Origin: Mobula hypostoma
Taxonomy: Eukaryota
Length of the DNA stretch: 64,000 nt
Assembly (NCBI RefSeq): GCF_963921235.1
Contig: NC_086108.1
Coordinates: 62,684,001 to 62,748,000 of the forward strand
Direction: 5' to 3'
In this document: one piece after another, positions 37,145-48,927 of the stretch
Layout of the letters: each line of letters starts with the position of its first letter
Numbering within the stretch: the stretch's first letter is position 1
Program-made: the position numbers and the translations under genes
The notes under the pieces: generated by a model
What the model was told of the DNA's origin: nothing
What the model saw: only the letters and a program-made list of their open reading frames with translations
The model's database searches: none

Positions 37145-38890
37145 CACTCAGTGGCCACTTTATTAGATACATCTGCTCATTAATGCAAATATCTAATTAG
37201 CCAATCAGGTGGCAGCAACTCAATGCATTAAAGCATGCAGACATGGCCAAGAGGTCCAGTTGTTATTCAGACCAAGTGTCAGAAAGGGAAAGAAATGTGA
37301 TCTACATTACTTTGACTGTGGAATGATAGTTGGTGCCAGACAGGGTGTTTAGAGTATCTCAGAAACTGATGATCTGCGATTTTCACACACACAGTCTCTA
37401 GAATTTACTTAGAATGGTGTAAAAAACAAATAAAAAAACAGTGAGTGGGTGAAAATGCCTTGTTAGTGAGAGAGGGCAAATGTAAATGGCTAGATGGTCC
37501 AAACTGACAGGAAGATGATAGTAACCCAAATAACCATATGTGACAACAGCAGAGTGCAGAAGAGGATCTCTGAATACACAACATCTTGAGACTTGAAGTG
37601 GATGGGCTACGGCAGCAGAAGACCATAAACATATATTCAGTGGCCATTTGAATTGAATTGAATTGACTTTATTACTTACATCCTTCACATTCATGAGGAG
37701 TAAAAATTCTTACATTACGTCTCCCTCTACATATGCAATGTGCAATTTATAATAAATAGTATGTACAACAGGACTGTCAATATCGCATAGAAATACAATT
37801 GTATCAGCTTGAGTTAGTCAGCCTGATGGCCTGATGGAAGAAACTGTCCCGGAGCCTGTTGGTCCTGGCTTTTATGCTGTTTCCCAGATGGTAGCAGGTC
37901 GACAGTTTGTGGTTGGGGTGACTCAGGTCCCCAATGATTCTTTGTGCCCTTTTTACACTCCTGTCTCTGTAAATGTCCTGAATCATGGGAAGTTCACAAC
38001 TACAGATGCGATTGAGGGAAGTACAGTTCCCATACCAGGCAGTGATGCAGCCAGTCAGGATGCTCTCAATTATGCCCCTGTAGAAAGTCCTTAGGATTTG
38101 AAGACCTATGCCAATCTTCTTCAAATGTCTGAGGTGAAAGAGGAACTGTTGTACTTTTTTCACCAGACAGCTGGTATGTACAGACCACGTGAGATCCTTG
38201 GTGATGTGTATGCCGAGGAACTTAAAGCTGTTCACCCTCTCAACCCCAGATCCATTGATGTCAATACTGGTCTCCATTCCTCTGTAATTCACAACCAGCT
38301 GCTTTGTTTTTGCGACATTGAAGGAGAGGTTGTTTTCTCCTGTGTCAGGATGATGACTTCTTCTCTGTCGGCTGCTTTGTTATTATTTGAGATTAGGCCA
38401 ATCAGTGTAGTATTATTAACAAATTTAATTAGCAGATCGGAGCTGTGGGTGGTGACACAGTCATAGGTATACAGAGAGTAAAGGAGGAGGCTTAGGACAC
38501 AGCCCTGAGGGGCACCTGTATTGAGGGTTAGAGGGGCAGAGGTGAGGGAGCCCATTCTTACCAGCTGCCAGCGATCTGACAGGAAGTCCAGGATCCAGCT
38601 GCACAAGACAGGGTGATGGCCAAGGTCTTTGAGCTTCTTGTCAAGCCTGAAGGGAATTGTGGTGTTGAATGCTGAACTGTAGTCCAAGAACAGCATTCTC
38701 ACATAAGCATCCTTCTTCTCCAGATGTGTGTCGAGCTGTGGGTATTGTGTCACCTGTTGATCGGTAGTATTGTAAGGGGTCCAGTGTCGGGGCTACAGAT
38801 GTAATCCTCGACCAGTCTCTTAAAACATTTGCTTATTATTGAGGTGAGTGCCACAGGTACAGGATGTACCTAATTGAGAGTCATTGAATA
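37145..38890 (+). mobile_element. Non-autonomous Tc1-family DNA transposon (N-terminal transposase remnant), split by Rex1
   Basis: TA|CACTCAGTGGCCACTTTATTAG terminal repeat; decayed GKKCDL..GMIVGAR..SISET..LKWMGYGSRRP; right-end remnant GTACAGGATGTACCTAAT at ~38857-38875. Confidence 0.8.
37648..38856 (-). mobile_element. Rex1/Babar-type LINE, RT C-terminal half
   Basis: ORFs 38289-38753 (YVRMLFLDYSSAFNT..TGAPQGCVLS) and 37804-38292 (FKFLGIHI..FYRGIIESILTGCITAWYGN); (TCAAT)n tail on -. Confidence 0.95.
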
Positions 38891-39614
38891 GAGCTTGATA
38901 GATCAGTATGGACATCAAAGATTACAGGGAGAATTCAGGAAAATGGGGTTGAGAGGGAAAATAAATCAGTTGTGATCAAATGACAGAGAAGACATGATGG
39001 GCCAAATGTTTTAATTCTGCTCCTATGTCTTATGTTCTAATGGCTTATCCCACAAAGATTTGATTGATTCACCAAGAATGGTACATATAAGCAACCCTCA
39101 GACTCTTTCTTCCCACCTCAGCATAATGAATGTCTTCTGATTTTATGTTTTGCTCTCAGATGGCAAAAGAATCAATTTAGCATATTGCAATTGAACAGCA
39201 AAGCCAAATATGCTATCACTTAATCTGATGTTCCCAGTTTCCAGCTCAGTTATAGGTGACGTTTTACAAGGGGGAAAAGACTGGCTCTGGGCAAGGAAAC
39301 AGCGTAGGCATAAAGGAGTCTTTTCTCGGTTGCAAAATGTAACAAGGGGCGCGACACAAAGATCAAAGTTGAATCCTCAACTTTTTATGATTTTCATCAA
39401 TTATTTGAATAAGGTCATGTTACTAAATTATCTGATGACCCAGAGATAGGTAGGAAAGTAAGTTGTAATGAGGTCATAGGAAGACATTTGGGTAGAGTTG
39501 TCAATCTGTTTTAATTTCTTCAGCATGTAGCAGAAATGAGATATATATGTGTGAGGCCTGTTTCAATGGTGTACTAGAGATTGTGGGCTATATAAAGGTT
39601 AGGACTTTAATCAA

Positions 39615-40423
39615 CGGGATTATTGGAAGGTGAGTATTGGGAACCTGGCAGAATGAGAGGTTATTGAAACAAGTAGTATGCCCACAAGAAAATAAATCTC
39701 TTGGTTTGTTTATGGTGACATATATGTACTTTGATAATAAATGTACTTTGAAATTTACTTTAGCATGGTTGACAGAAGATGGATTTTGAAGAAGGGTTAA
39801 ACTGAGAGGGTTTAAAGAAAAGAGCATTGCCTCTCTTTAATGGTCTTAGCTCTACTTTTGGCCAAAGGTTTGATAATGGCTGCCCCAATTAAAGCTAAAA
39901 TTCTCTCCCTTGCAGATAGAGGATATCATCAGCTGACCTTCATCACTGAAAGTCACTTTATAATACTTCTTTCACCCACATGAGGAAAATGCTATCTTTA
40001 TTGAAGTATTGATTTATACTCCATTGAAATGTTCAGCATCATGTATTTCAATAATATCATACATTTGGTGAGTATCAACTGATAATATCTCTCTAACTCC
40101 TGCAAAAAGAATTGACATCAACATGTCTTTGACCGTCCTCAGACCTGAAGGTGAGAGAAATATTATCCGCTGACTTTCAGTGATGAAGGTAAGCTGATGA
40201 TCCCCTCTAACTGCTAGGGAGAGAATCCTAGCTTTAATTGGGGCACCTGTTATCAAACCTTTGGCCAATAGTAGAGCCAAGGCTATAAAAGAGAGGCAAT
40301 CCTCATTTTTAAACCCTTTCAGTTTAGCTCTTCTTCAAAATCCATCTTCTGTCAACTATACGACTAGCTTCAATAATTGCTCAATCTGCCAGTTTACCCA
40401 TACTCATCTTCCAATAATCTCTG
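39615..40423. repeat. Long inverted repeat (fold-back): arms ~39615-39986 and ~40136-40423
   Basis: Arms align as reverse complements over ~270 bp at roughly 85% by eye, e.g. GTTGACAGAAGATGGATTTTGAAGAAG / CTTCTTCAAAATCCATCTTCTGTCAAC. Confidence 0.9.
39681..39760 (+). mobile_element. 80-bp retroposon 3' tip inserted in the left arm of the fold-back
   Basis: Absent from the right arm; flanked by TAGTATG 39674-39680 / TAGCATG 39761-39767; similar to the tail at ~54905-54990. Confidence 0.75.
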
Positions 40424-41059
40424 GGAACATAAATAGCATCCTGCTTGCAAATAGGCTGCATTTCAAAAGAAATCAATTGGCATCAAATCCCTGTGGGACA
40501 TACAAAATGATAGATATATGGAAGTGAATTTATTTCTTTCTCTCTTTCTGTCCTGCTCAATTCCTCCACTTTAGCAGTGAAGACCTCCAACACGGATTAG
40601 AAACACTGGTTACCTCCTCACACCCCTTCCTTTCATTGCATTCGGCAAGCTGGAATGATGTAGACAGTTGCTTATCCACAAAGCATCTTGCCTTTGACAG
40701 GTCCACACCAGTTTTAATCAGGACAAGGTGGCATCAATGAAATTGCCACTTATGAAACTGGATCCAGTAATAGACGGACAAGCCAATCAGAGGCACTGGA
40801 TAGACACTGAAATCGTGATAAGGAGCAAGGAACATGCATTTCATGCATCATCTTCACGGGTTATGGGTTAATTGCCATAACAATATGAGAGCATTTTCCA
40901 GCACTTCAATCTATTCTGCATTACCTTTCTCATATAATTCTCTTCTTACTGCTGAGAAATATTCTTAAAGGGGAGATTCATCACTTAGTTGTTGATTGTT
41001 TTCACCTGAACGTCTACCTCAACATGCTGGAGGGAATTCATTCAACCAATGATGCACCG

Positions 41060-41198
41060 TTCAACCTCATTCTGCTTTCAAATTGGCACACGTTTCTCCC
41101 TCGGGGAGTGACAGAGGGACAAACTACCATTCAACCTCATTCTGTTTCAAAGAGGCACGCATGTTTCTCCCTTGGAGAATGACAGAGGCACAAACTAC
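41060..41198. repeat. 70-bp tandem duplication
   Basis: TTCAACCTCATTCTG..GTTTCTCCCT..TGACAGAGG.ACAAACTAC at 41060 and 41130. Confidence 0.9.
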
Positions 41199-43019
41199 TT
41201 GAACTAATTTAGATTATGTCTGGGTTGAGGCTTATTATTTTGTTGGTCAATGTTGCAAATAATACTGGATATTAATCAACAGAATTCATGGTAACTCAAT
41301 AATGTTCTGAGGAAGCATCACTATTCCTTAATATTGTCCTCATACACAATATTCACTCTTACCAAATTTAAAATTTATAAATATAACAGAATTTGATAGC
41401 AGAAGATACAACTATATATTGTAAAATACTACTTCTATGTGAGTACACCAGGCTTTGTATTTTGCAGTAAATGTCATATCAATATGCATATTGAGCTTGT
41501 GTGTATGAGATAGATGAAGCATAGCCAAATTTTTGACCTGGAAGACCAAGTTCAGGTTGAAAAGTGAGGTTGTGCTCTGTAGCAATCTCTTGGCATGTCA
41601 AAGGATGCGAAATGCTCATTAAATATCACTTGTGCAAAGTTCTATTGCTTATACAAGACGCTTGTAATCATTAAAACAAGTCTTGCCTGGAGGACTGCGG
41701 CTGCTTCTGTCTTAATTAAAGGGTGGAGACTTATCTGGATCACTGCTAGATGGTACAGACATTCATCTTCCTCTGATTCAGGACCTTTAAAATTTTATCT
41801 GTGGGCTTTTGATCTCATATAGTCCTTGGTAATGTTCTCTGTTTAGTACTCACAACCAAACATCGAACCAACACCTGTTCCCAATAATCTGACTAAACTC
41901 TTAAGAATCCACCCAATTCCATCTGTTGATTCTCCTGATCATTCTCATGAGATCTTCCCTTGTCGTGTCCACAAACTGTCTTGTTATTTACCCACTACAT
42001 CTCTGAACCACCAATTCCCTCCCCAACCTACCTGTTCATCTGCCAGGCACACCAAAAGATCTGCTGAAACCTTTCTAGCAATATTGTTTTCCAAAGCATG
42101 GATATTGGGGAAACAGCTATTGTATCATGGCTCCAGGCCCTCATGTGTTTATATACGACCAGCAAAATATTTTCACAAGCCAAATATTGTCTCAGGCTAC
42201 TGTTTGGACACCCCTGATATGATGCACTATGATAACATTTTGCAGTCATTTAATTCTGAAAGAAATAAATGTTTTGATTGCTTCTCTGGAAGAGAGTCCA
42301 AGTAATGGAATATTTCCTATTGCAGGCTATGAATATGTATTCATAATTGGATGCAGAAAAAAATTCAGAACTGACTGATCAATCTCAAAAGAACATCCCC
42401 ATATATGCCAGTCTGTTGTTTTGCATTTCCAAATAACATTGTCACGCCTTCTTTTCTCCTTTCCCTCCCTACTGCTGTTGAACTTGATCTCATCCTTGCA
42501 TGACAGCATCATTTGCAATGCTCTGAGCTGCTTATTGGATTATCTAATACGATTTTCCTGAAGGACATGGTTACCATCCTGTTTTGCTCACAGGAATAAT
42601 GTGGGAGAAGTAGAATATTCATTTGCTGCAACTTACAGTGCATTTCAGTTCTCAAAGGGTTAAAATTGTAATTGTTAATGGTTTTTCAGTCCAATACTGT
42701 TTTACTGCCACTTTATTCCCTGTTATGGTTTTTTTACCAGAAGGGGACCGAAGTTAGAAGAGAATGTTGGTAATACTGTTAGCATTAGGTGGATGATTTC
42801 CCGGTCATCACAAGATCTGCTGTGCAATGAACTGCTTCCAGTTTCAGGCGTCTGTCCAATACTCGTCAGTCTGATGCAACATTACAGGTTGCACAGCAAT
42901 GCTTAATAAATAAAGAGGGTGACTTCATGTGTTGTGTCTTATCAGCTGGAACTCTGAGCTTTCTGGATGCTAGCTGGCTCTTTTGTTTGATACAAGTATA
43001 GATGAATCTGTTTAAGGGT

Positions 43020-43245
43020 CTATTTATTTACTTTATTAGAGATGCAGAAGAGCCATAGGCCCTTTAAGCCCCCAAGCCCACACCAACCAGTTTCACCCAT
43101 GTGGCCAATTACCCTACTAACCCATAGATCATTAGAATGTGGCAAGAAACCGGGAGAACATATAATCTCCTCACAGACAGTGATGGGAATTGAACCTAGG
43201 TCACTGGTGCTGTAGTGTAGTTACTGCTACACTATTGTGCCACCC
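43020..43245 (-). mobile_element. V-domain (HE1-like) SINE, degenerate
   Basis: TTTA tail, GGCAAGAAACCGGGAGAACATATAATCTCC core remnant, GGGAATTGAACC (B box on -). Confidence 0.7.
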
Positions 43246-43430
43246 CAACTGTTACTGCAGAAGCAAAGATTTTCAGTCCTCATGTTTGCAGTTCATCAAA
43301 TTGATGTGCTCACAATTTATTTCTACTTAACTAATAAAAAAGTGATTTGGATATGTACATGGATAGGAGGGATATGGAGGGCTGTGGTGTGAGTGCAGGT
43401 CGATGGGACGAGTTAGACTAATAGTTCAGT

Positions 43431-46348
43431 AAGACCATAAGGCACAGGAGCAGAATTAGGCCATTCAGCCCATTGAATTTGCTCCGCCATTCCATCATGG
43501 CCAATCCCGGATCCCATTCAGCCTTCTCACCATAACCTTTGATACCCTGACCAATCAGAAAACAATCAATTTTCGCATTAAATATATGCACGATCTTAGC
43601 CTCCGTAGCTGTCTGTGCAGAGCATTCCACAGATTCACTACTCTCTGGCTTAAAAAAAAGTCATCTTTATCTCTGTTCTAAAGGGCTGACTCTCAATTTT
43701 GAGACAGTGCCCTCTAGCCCCGGACCCCCCTGCCATAGGAAGCATCCTCTCTAGATCCGCTTTATCTAGTCCTTTCAACATTTGGTAGGTTTCAATAAGA
43801 TACCCCCATATACTTCTAATTTCCAGTGAGTACAGACTCAAAGCTGGCAAACGCTTCTCATATGTTAACCACTTCATTCCCAGAATCATTCTCACGAACC
43901 TCCTCTGGACTCTCTCCAATGACAACACAACCTTTCTGAGATACGCGGCCCAAAGGTGTTGAAAATACTCCAAGTGCAGCCTGACCAGTGTCTTTTAGAG
44001 CTTCAACATTATCTCCTTGTTTTTATATTTTATTCCACTTGAAATGAATGCCAACATTGCATTTGCCTTCTTTACCACAAACTCAACCTGTAAATTAATC
44101 TTCTGGGAGAACTCCTAAGTCCCTTTGTACCTCTGAAGTTTGAATTTTCTCCCCATTTAGATAACAATCTGCACTTCTGTTCCTTTTAACAAAATATATT
44201 ATTATAAATTTCCCAACACTGTATTCCATCTACCACTCTTTGCCCATTCTTCCAATTTGACCAAATCCTTCTGCAATTATGTTGCTTTTTGAGCACTACC
44301 TACTCCTCCGGCTATCTTCGTATCATCTGCAAACACGACCACAAAGTCATCATTCCGTTATTTAAATCATTGACAATGTGAAAATTAGTAGTCCCAGTAC
44401 AGATCCCTGAGGATCATCACTAGATGATGGCAGCCAACCAGAAAAGGCCCCTCTATTCCTACTCACTGCCTCCTGCCTGTCGGCCATTCCTCTAATCCAT
44501 GCCAATATTTTTTCCATAATGCCATGGAATTTTATCTTGTTAAGCAGCCTCATGTGTGGCACCTTATCAAATGCCTTCTGAAAATCCAAACAAATGGCAT
44601 CCATTGGCTCTCCTTTGTCTACTCTGCTTGTTACTTCCTCAAAGAACTTTAAGAGGTTTGTCAGGTAAGATTTGCCTTCAGAGAAATCATGCTGACTTTG
44701 ACATTTTATCATTAGCCTCCAAGTACCCCAAAGCCTCATCATTAATCATGGACTCCAACTCTTTCCCAACCACTGAGGTTAGGCTATGTGGCCTATTATT
44801 TCCTTTCTTTTGCCTTCCTCCCTTCTTAAAGATTGAGCGACGCTTGCAATTTTCCAGTCCTCCAGGACCATGCCAGAGTCAAGTGATTCTTGAGAGATCA
44901 TAACTAATGCACCTACTATCTTTTTCAGAACTCTGGGATGTAGTCCATGTGGTCCAAGTGGCTTATCCACCTTAAGACCACTCTATTTGCCTAGCACTTT
45001 TTCCTTTGTAATAGCATTGGCACTCACTCCTGCTCCCTGACACTCGCAGACCTTTGGCACTCTGCTAGTGTCTTCCACAGTGAATATTGATGCAAAGTAC
45101 CCAATACATTCATCTGTCATTTCTTTGTTCCCTACTACTACCTCACCAGCATCATTTTCCAGTGGTCCAATATCAACTCTCACCTCCCTTTCACTGTTCA
45201 TATAACTGAAAATCCTTTTAGTATCTTGCTTATATCATTGGCTACTTTGCCCTCATATTTCAACTTTTCCCTTCTTATGGATTTTTAGTTGCCTTTGTCA
45301 GATTTTAAAAAGCTTTCCAATCTTTCAACTTCCCACTCATTTTTGCTACGTTATATGCCCTTTCCTTTGCTTTTATGAATTTGTTAACTTCCCTTGTTGG
45401 CCACAGTTGCCTACCTTTGCCATTTGAGAACTTCTTGTTCTGTGGGACATACCTATCCTACGCCTTGTGAACTATTCCCAGAAACTTCAGCCACCTCTGC
45501 CCTGCCATCACCCCTGCCAGTATCCTCCTCCAATCCACTTGAGCAAGCTCCTCTCTCATGCCTCTGTAATTCCCTTTATTCCATTATGATTCTGATACAT
45601 AATGACTTATGCTTTTCCCTCTCAAATTGCAGTATGAATTCAACCATATTATGATCACTGTCTCCTATGTGTTCCTTTACTTTAACCTCGCTAATAAAAT
45701 CTGGATTATTACACAACACCTAATCTAAGAAAGCCGTTCCCTGAGTAGGCTCAAGTACAACCTGCTTTCCACATCTTGGCAACTATTCGGAGGCCTACGG
45801 TATATATGATTTCCATAAAGATTCATTTACCCTTGCAGTTTCTTAACTCCACCCACAAAGATTTGACCCTATGTCACCTCTTTCTAAAGATGTAATTCCA
45901 TCTCTTACCAACAGAGCCACACCACCACCTGAGCCTCTCTGCCTCTCCTTTTGATACAAAGTGTTTCCTTTGATGTTAAACTCCCAACTATGGCCTTCTT
46001 TTGGTCACGACTCAGTGATGCCCACTTCATACTGACCAATCTCTAAATGCACCATGAGTTCATCCACCTTATTCCAAATACTACATGCATTTAAATACAG
46101 AGCTTTCAGTCCTGCGTTCTTCTCCCCTTTGAATTTTGAATTTTGCCTCCTGGTATAATTTAACTCTTTGCACTGTCTGCATTTGTACCCAATCACTGCC
46201 TTGTCCTTCTTTACATTCTATAACACCCATCATCTACTTGTAAACCTGCTGGCTCATCTTCAGCTCTGTTATACTGGTTCCCATCCCCCTGCCATATTAA
46301 TTTAAACCACATCCAACAACTCTAAAAAACCTGCCCATAAGGATATTG
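43431..46348 (-). mobile_element. Long CR1 LINE (endonuclease through RT to 3' UTR), disrupted; inserted into a + strand CR1 tail (43340-43430 / 46349-46405)
   Basis: ORFs 46005-46196 (LYLNACSIWNKVDEL..GITES), 44779-44970 (GPHGLHPRVLK), 44362-44742 (LDFQKAFDKVPH..PQGSVLG), 43650-43973. Confidence 0.95.
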
Positions 46349-47347
46349 GTACAGTCTAGATGAACCGAAGGACCTGTTTCTGTGCTATAGTACTCTATGA
46401 CTATTCTGTTCTCTTCCTCTCTCTCTCAGAGGAATTTTCAGCAGATATAAGTTTGCTGAGGCTAATTGCAATGAAATAGGCTAATGGAGGGCAGATCAGG
46501 AGTGCCTATGATTTCATTTCTTTGAACATTGAGCAAAAGTCTTTACATAGTGGTTTTCTAAATATAAATGCAATATCTTCTTAGATTTTTAAAAGATTTG
46601 TACAGTCCATGCCACTTTAAAGACCCATGTACTTATATGGATTAGTTTGCCAAAGCGTCTGAGACAATGCATTTGTATACATCATCAACAAAGCTTAGGT
46701 CCTCTATCAAACAGTCCCTGTTATTCTATAACAATAAAGCTTCATGGTGATATCTGAGGAAACACACAGTAGTTCCCATATCTCAGTAGACACATATCAG
46801 TAAAGGAATCATTCCAGTCATCTTCAATGCGACAGTGCAGCATTTGGTCGATTGAGGAAGAAGTTATTTGAAAATCAAGCCTTGAAAACCTCAAAACAGA
46901 TGGACTGAGAAAAAAGTTTCAAGGATGTGTGGTTCTGAAGAACTTCATAATCTCCTCTGGCTCTGGGAAAGCTCTGATCAGTGCCTGTTGAAATGGAGAA
47001 GGAGCACTTTGGACGGTAATAAGAGCCATGCCCTGGGAGCACCCAGAAGCCCTGTGTTAGTTATGGAGGCAGTACACCACCTCACAAACCACCATCCATC
47101 CACCCTATCAGCCACTCCTTGCCCTAGAAGAGTTTGCAGCTCCTACATCGCCTCAGAGGTCACCTCAGAACCTGAGTTGTCCTTGATCTCAAGGTATTCT
47201 CTTAGAAGCAAGGAAGAAGGCATAAAGTGCTCTGAATCACATTAATTTTGGGAATAAACTTGTTGTACATATTTTCTGCCATTTTATCTGTTAAGAGAGC
47301 TCACAATAATAGATTTATCTTGTTATGTTACTGAAGATCTTTATGTA

Positions 47348-48048
47348 CGTAACCCCCTTGGCTAACCTCAGGGTCACTCGGCTCGCTTCGTTTAGGGAAA
47401 CAGCCCTTGGCCCCGCCAAAATGGGTAATTAGTTTGTGTGGATGCTGTGTGATGTACCCCACTCCACCCAAATAACAGACAACACACCAGATACGATTAA
47501 ATGATTCACAGTTTATAGATATTACTAAAACTATATAATTAATAGAGAATAAAATATAAAAGGAAAATAAAAGGCACGACACTTATCAAAGTTCAATCTC
47601 TTCGTGCACAAACAGTTGGAGCTCAGGACCCTTCTTCTTCACCCTGCGACCCTTCGGACCACCTCAACCGGCCGCCTGGGACCAACAACGGTGGTCGACC
47701 AGATGCTCCACACGAGTCCGTCTCCGTCTCCTCTCCTCGCCAAACACCCTGCTCGGGGTCGGACCCCATTAGCGGACATCACAGCACCTGGTCCATCCTC
47801 TGTCTCTCTCTCTCTCTCTCGCCTTCTCCCCCAAAACCCTGCACATACAATATCTTCAAATACACTAAAAACATAACAACTATCCCTATTGGTTCGTAAC
47901 ATATTCTTATCACACTGTAACCCAAAGCAAGCTGCTAGCGCAAGAACTTTCTCAGCGTTTAATATAACAAAGAAGATTTCCCAAGTATAACATAACAAGC
48001 CATTTTAATTAGCCTACGCAGTAACATAAAAGACAAAACCTCCTTACA
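47348..48048. mobile_element. Solo LTR, 701 bp, 4-bp TSD TGTA
   Basis: Termini CGTAA (TG to CG) ... TTACA; TGTA at 47344-47347 and 48049-48052; CpG-rich relative to flanks. Confidence 0.8.
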
Positions 48049-48857
48049 TGTATATAACAATACTTATAAACAGTTGACATGTATCCATGTATTATTATCT
48101 GATCCCATCAATATTTTGATAGCTTTCTGTGCATGGCAGTAACAACCATTATCGACTCAATATGAAATTACTTGCAGAATTTGGAAACTTCAAGGTGATT
48201 AAGAAGTTATTATCATGCCCTCATATAAACTAATAAAGTATCTTCTATTCAGTTCAGCCATGTTTTAGTATTTTAATCATGAATATCCTCTTATATCTTC
48301 TTATATATCTCTGAAAAGAAATGAACAGTGTACGTTCATAGATCCAGCCTGACTGTGACAGATATTCGCTTCTCTTTCATGTTTGCTAAGCTTACTTTCT
48401 AAATAGCAGCTGCCATTTCAAAGGTCACAAACATTTGTAAGTAAATTTTCAACTATATTTCTTCATTTAACTTCTGGTCGTAAATGGAAGCTAGTCTTCA
48501 GTTTTTAATATGTAAATAAAAAGCTTGAAGATAAAAAAAAAGCACTCTTAATAGAACAACTTTACACATTGGCTCTGAATTTTGAAGATGCACTGTCTGT
48601 GAAGGGTCACAGTACCTGCTTTATTATTTCTCAAGAGAAGAATGTAAGACAATGGGTTGTTTAATTCGGGTTGTTTCAAACAGACAAGCCGATTCTTAAG
48701 TTGTCTAGTTCAAAGATGCTTGTAGAACCATTTAATATATCACTAACTAATGTGTTTACAGTTGAGAAGTTTATGTACTCATAAGTTAGCTTTACAGCAT
48801 GAATGGTAGTTAGCTAAGCTCTATGTCTATGCTTTTAAACTGTTTGTGTTAAAAGGG

Positions 48858-48927
48858 TAGTACTGTGCAAAAGTCTTGGGCACCCAAGATGTATATAGGT
48901 GCCAAAGACTTTTGCACAGTACTGTAT
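48858..48927. mobile_element. Tiny palindromic Tc1-type MITE
   Basis: AGTACTGTGCAAAAGTCTTGGGCACC / GGTGCCAAAGACTTTTGCACAGTACTG terminal inverted repeats around a ~12-bp spacer, TA at the right end. Confidence 0.8.

Larger units (their letters stand above)
36625..39045 (+). mobile_element. CR1 3' region split by nested Tc1 and Rex1 insertions (CR1 at 36625-37142 and ~38890-39045)
   Basis: ORF 36945-37166 (FRIEMRRNFFSQMVVNLWNSLP); 3' UTR resumes after ~38890. Confidence 0.85.

Noticed and set aside
39588..40527. Similar peptides in ORFs 39588-39827 (-) and 40261-40527 (+) as a duplicated gene
   Set aside because: Shared LLQNPSSVN simply reflects the inverted repeat; the frame is broken by an insertion and stops.
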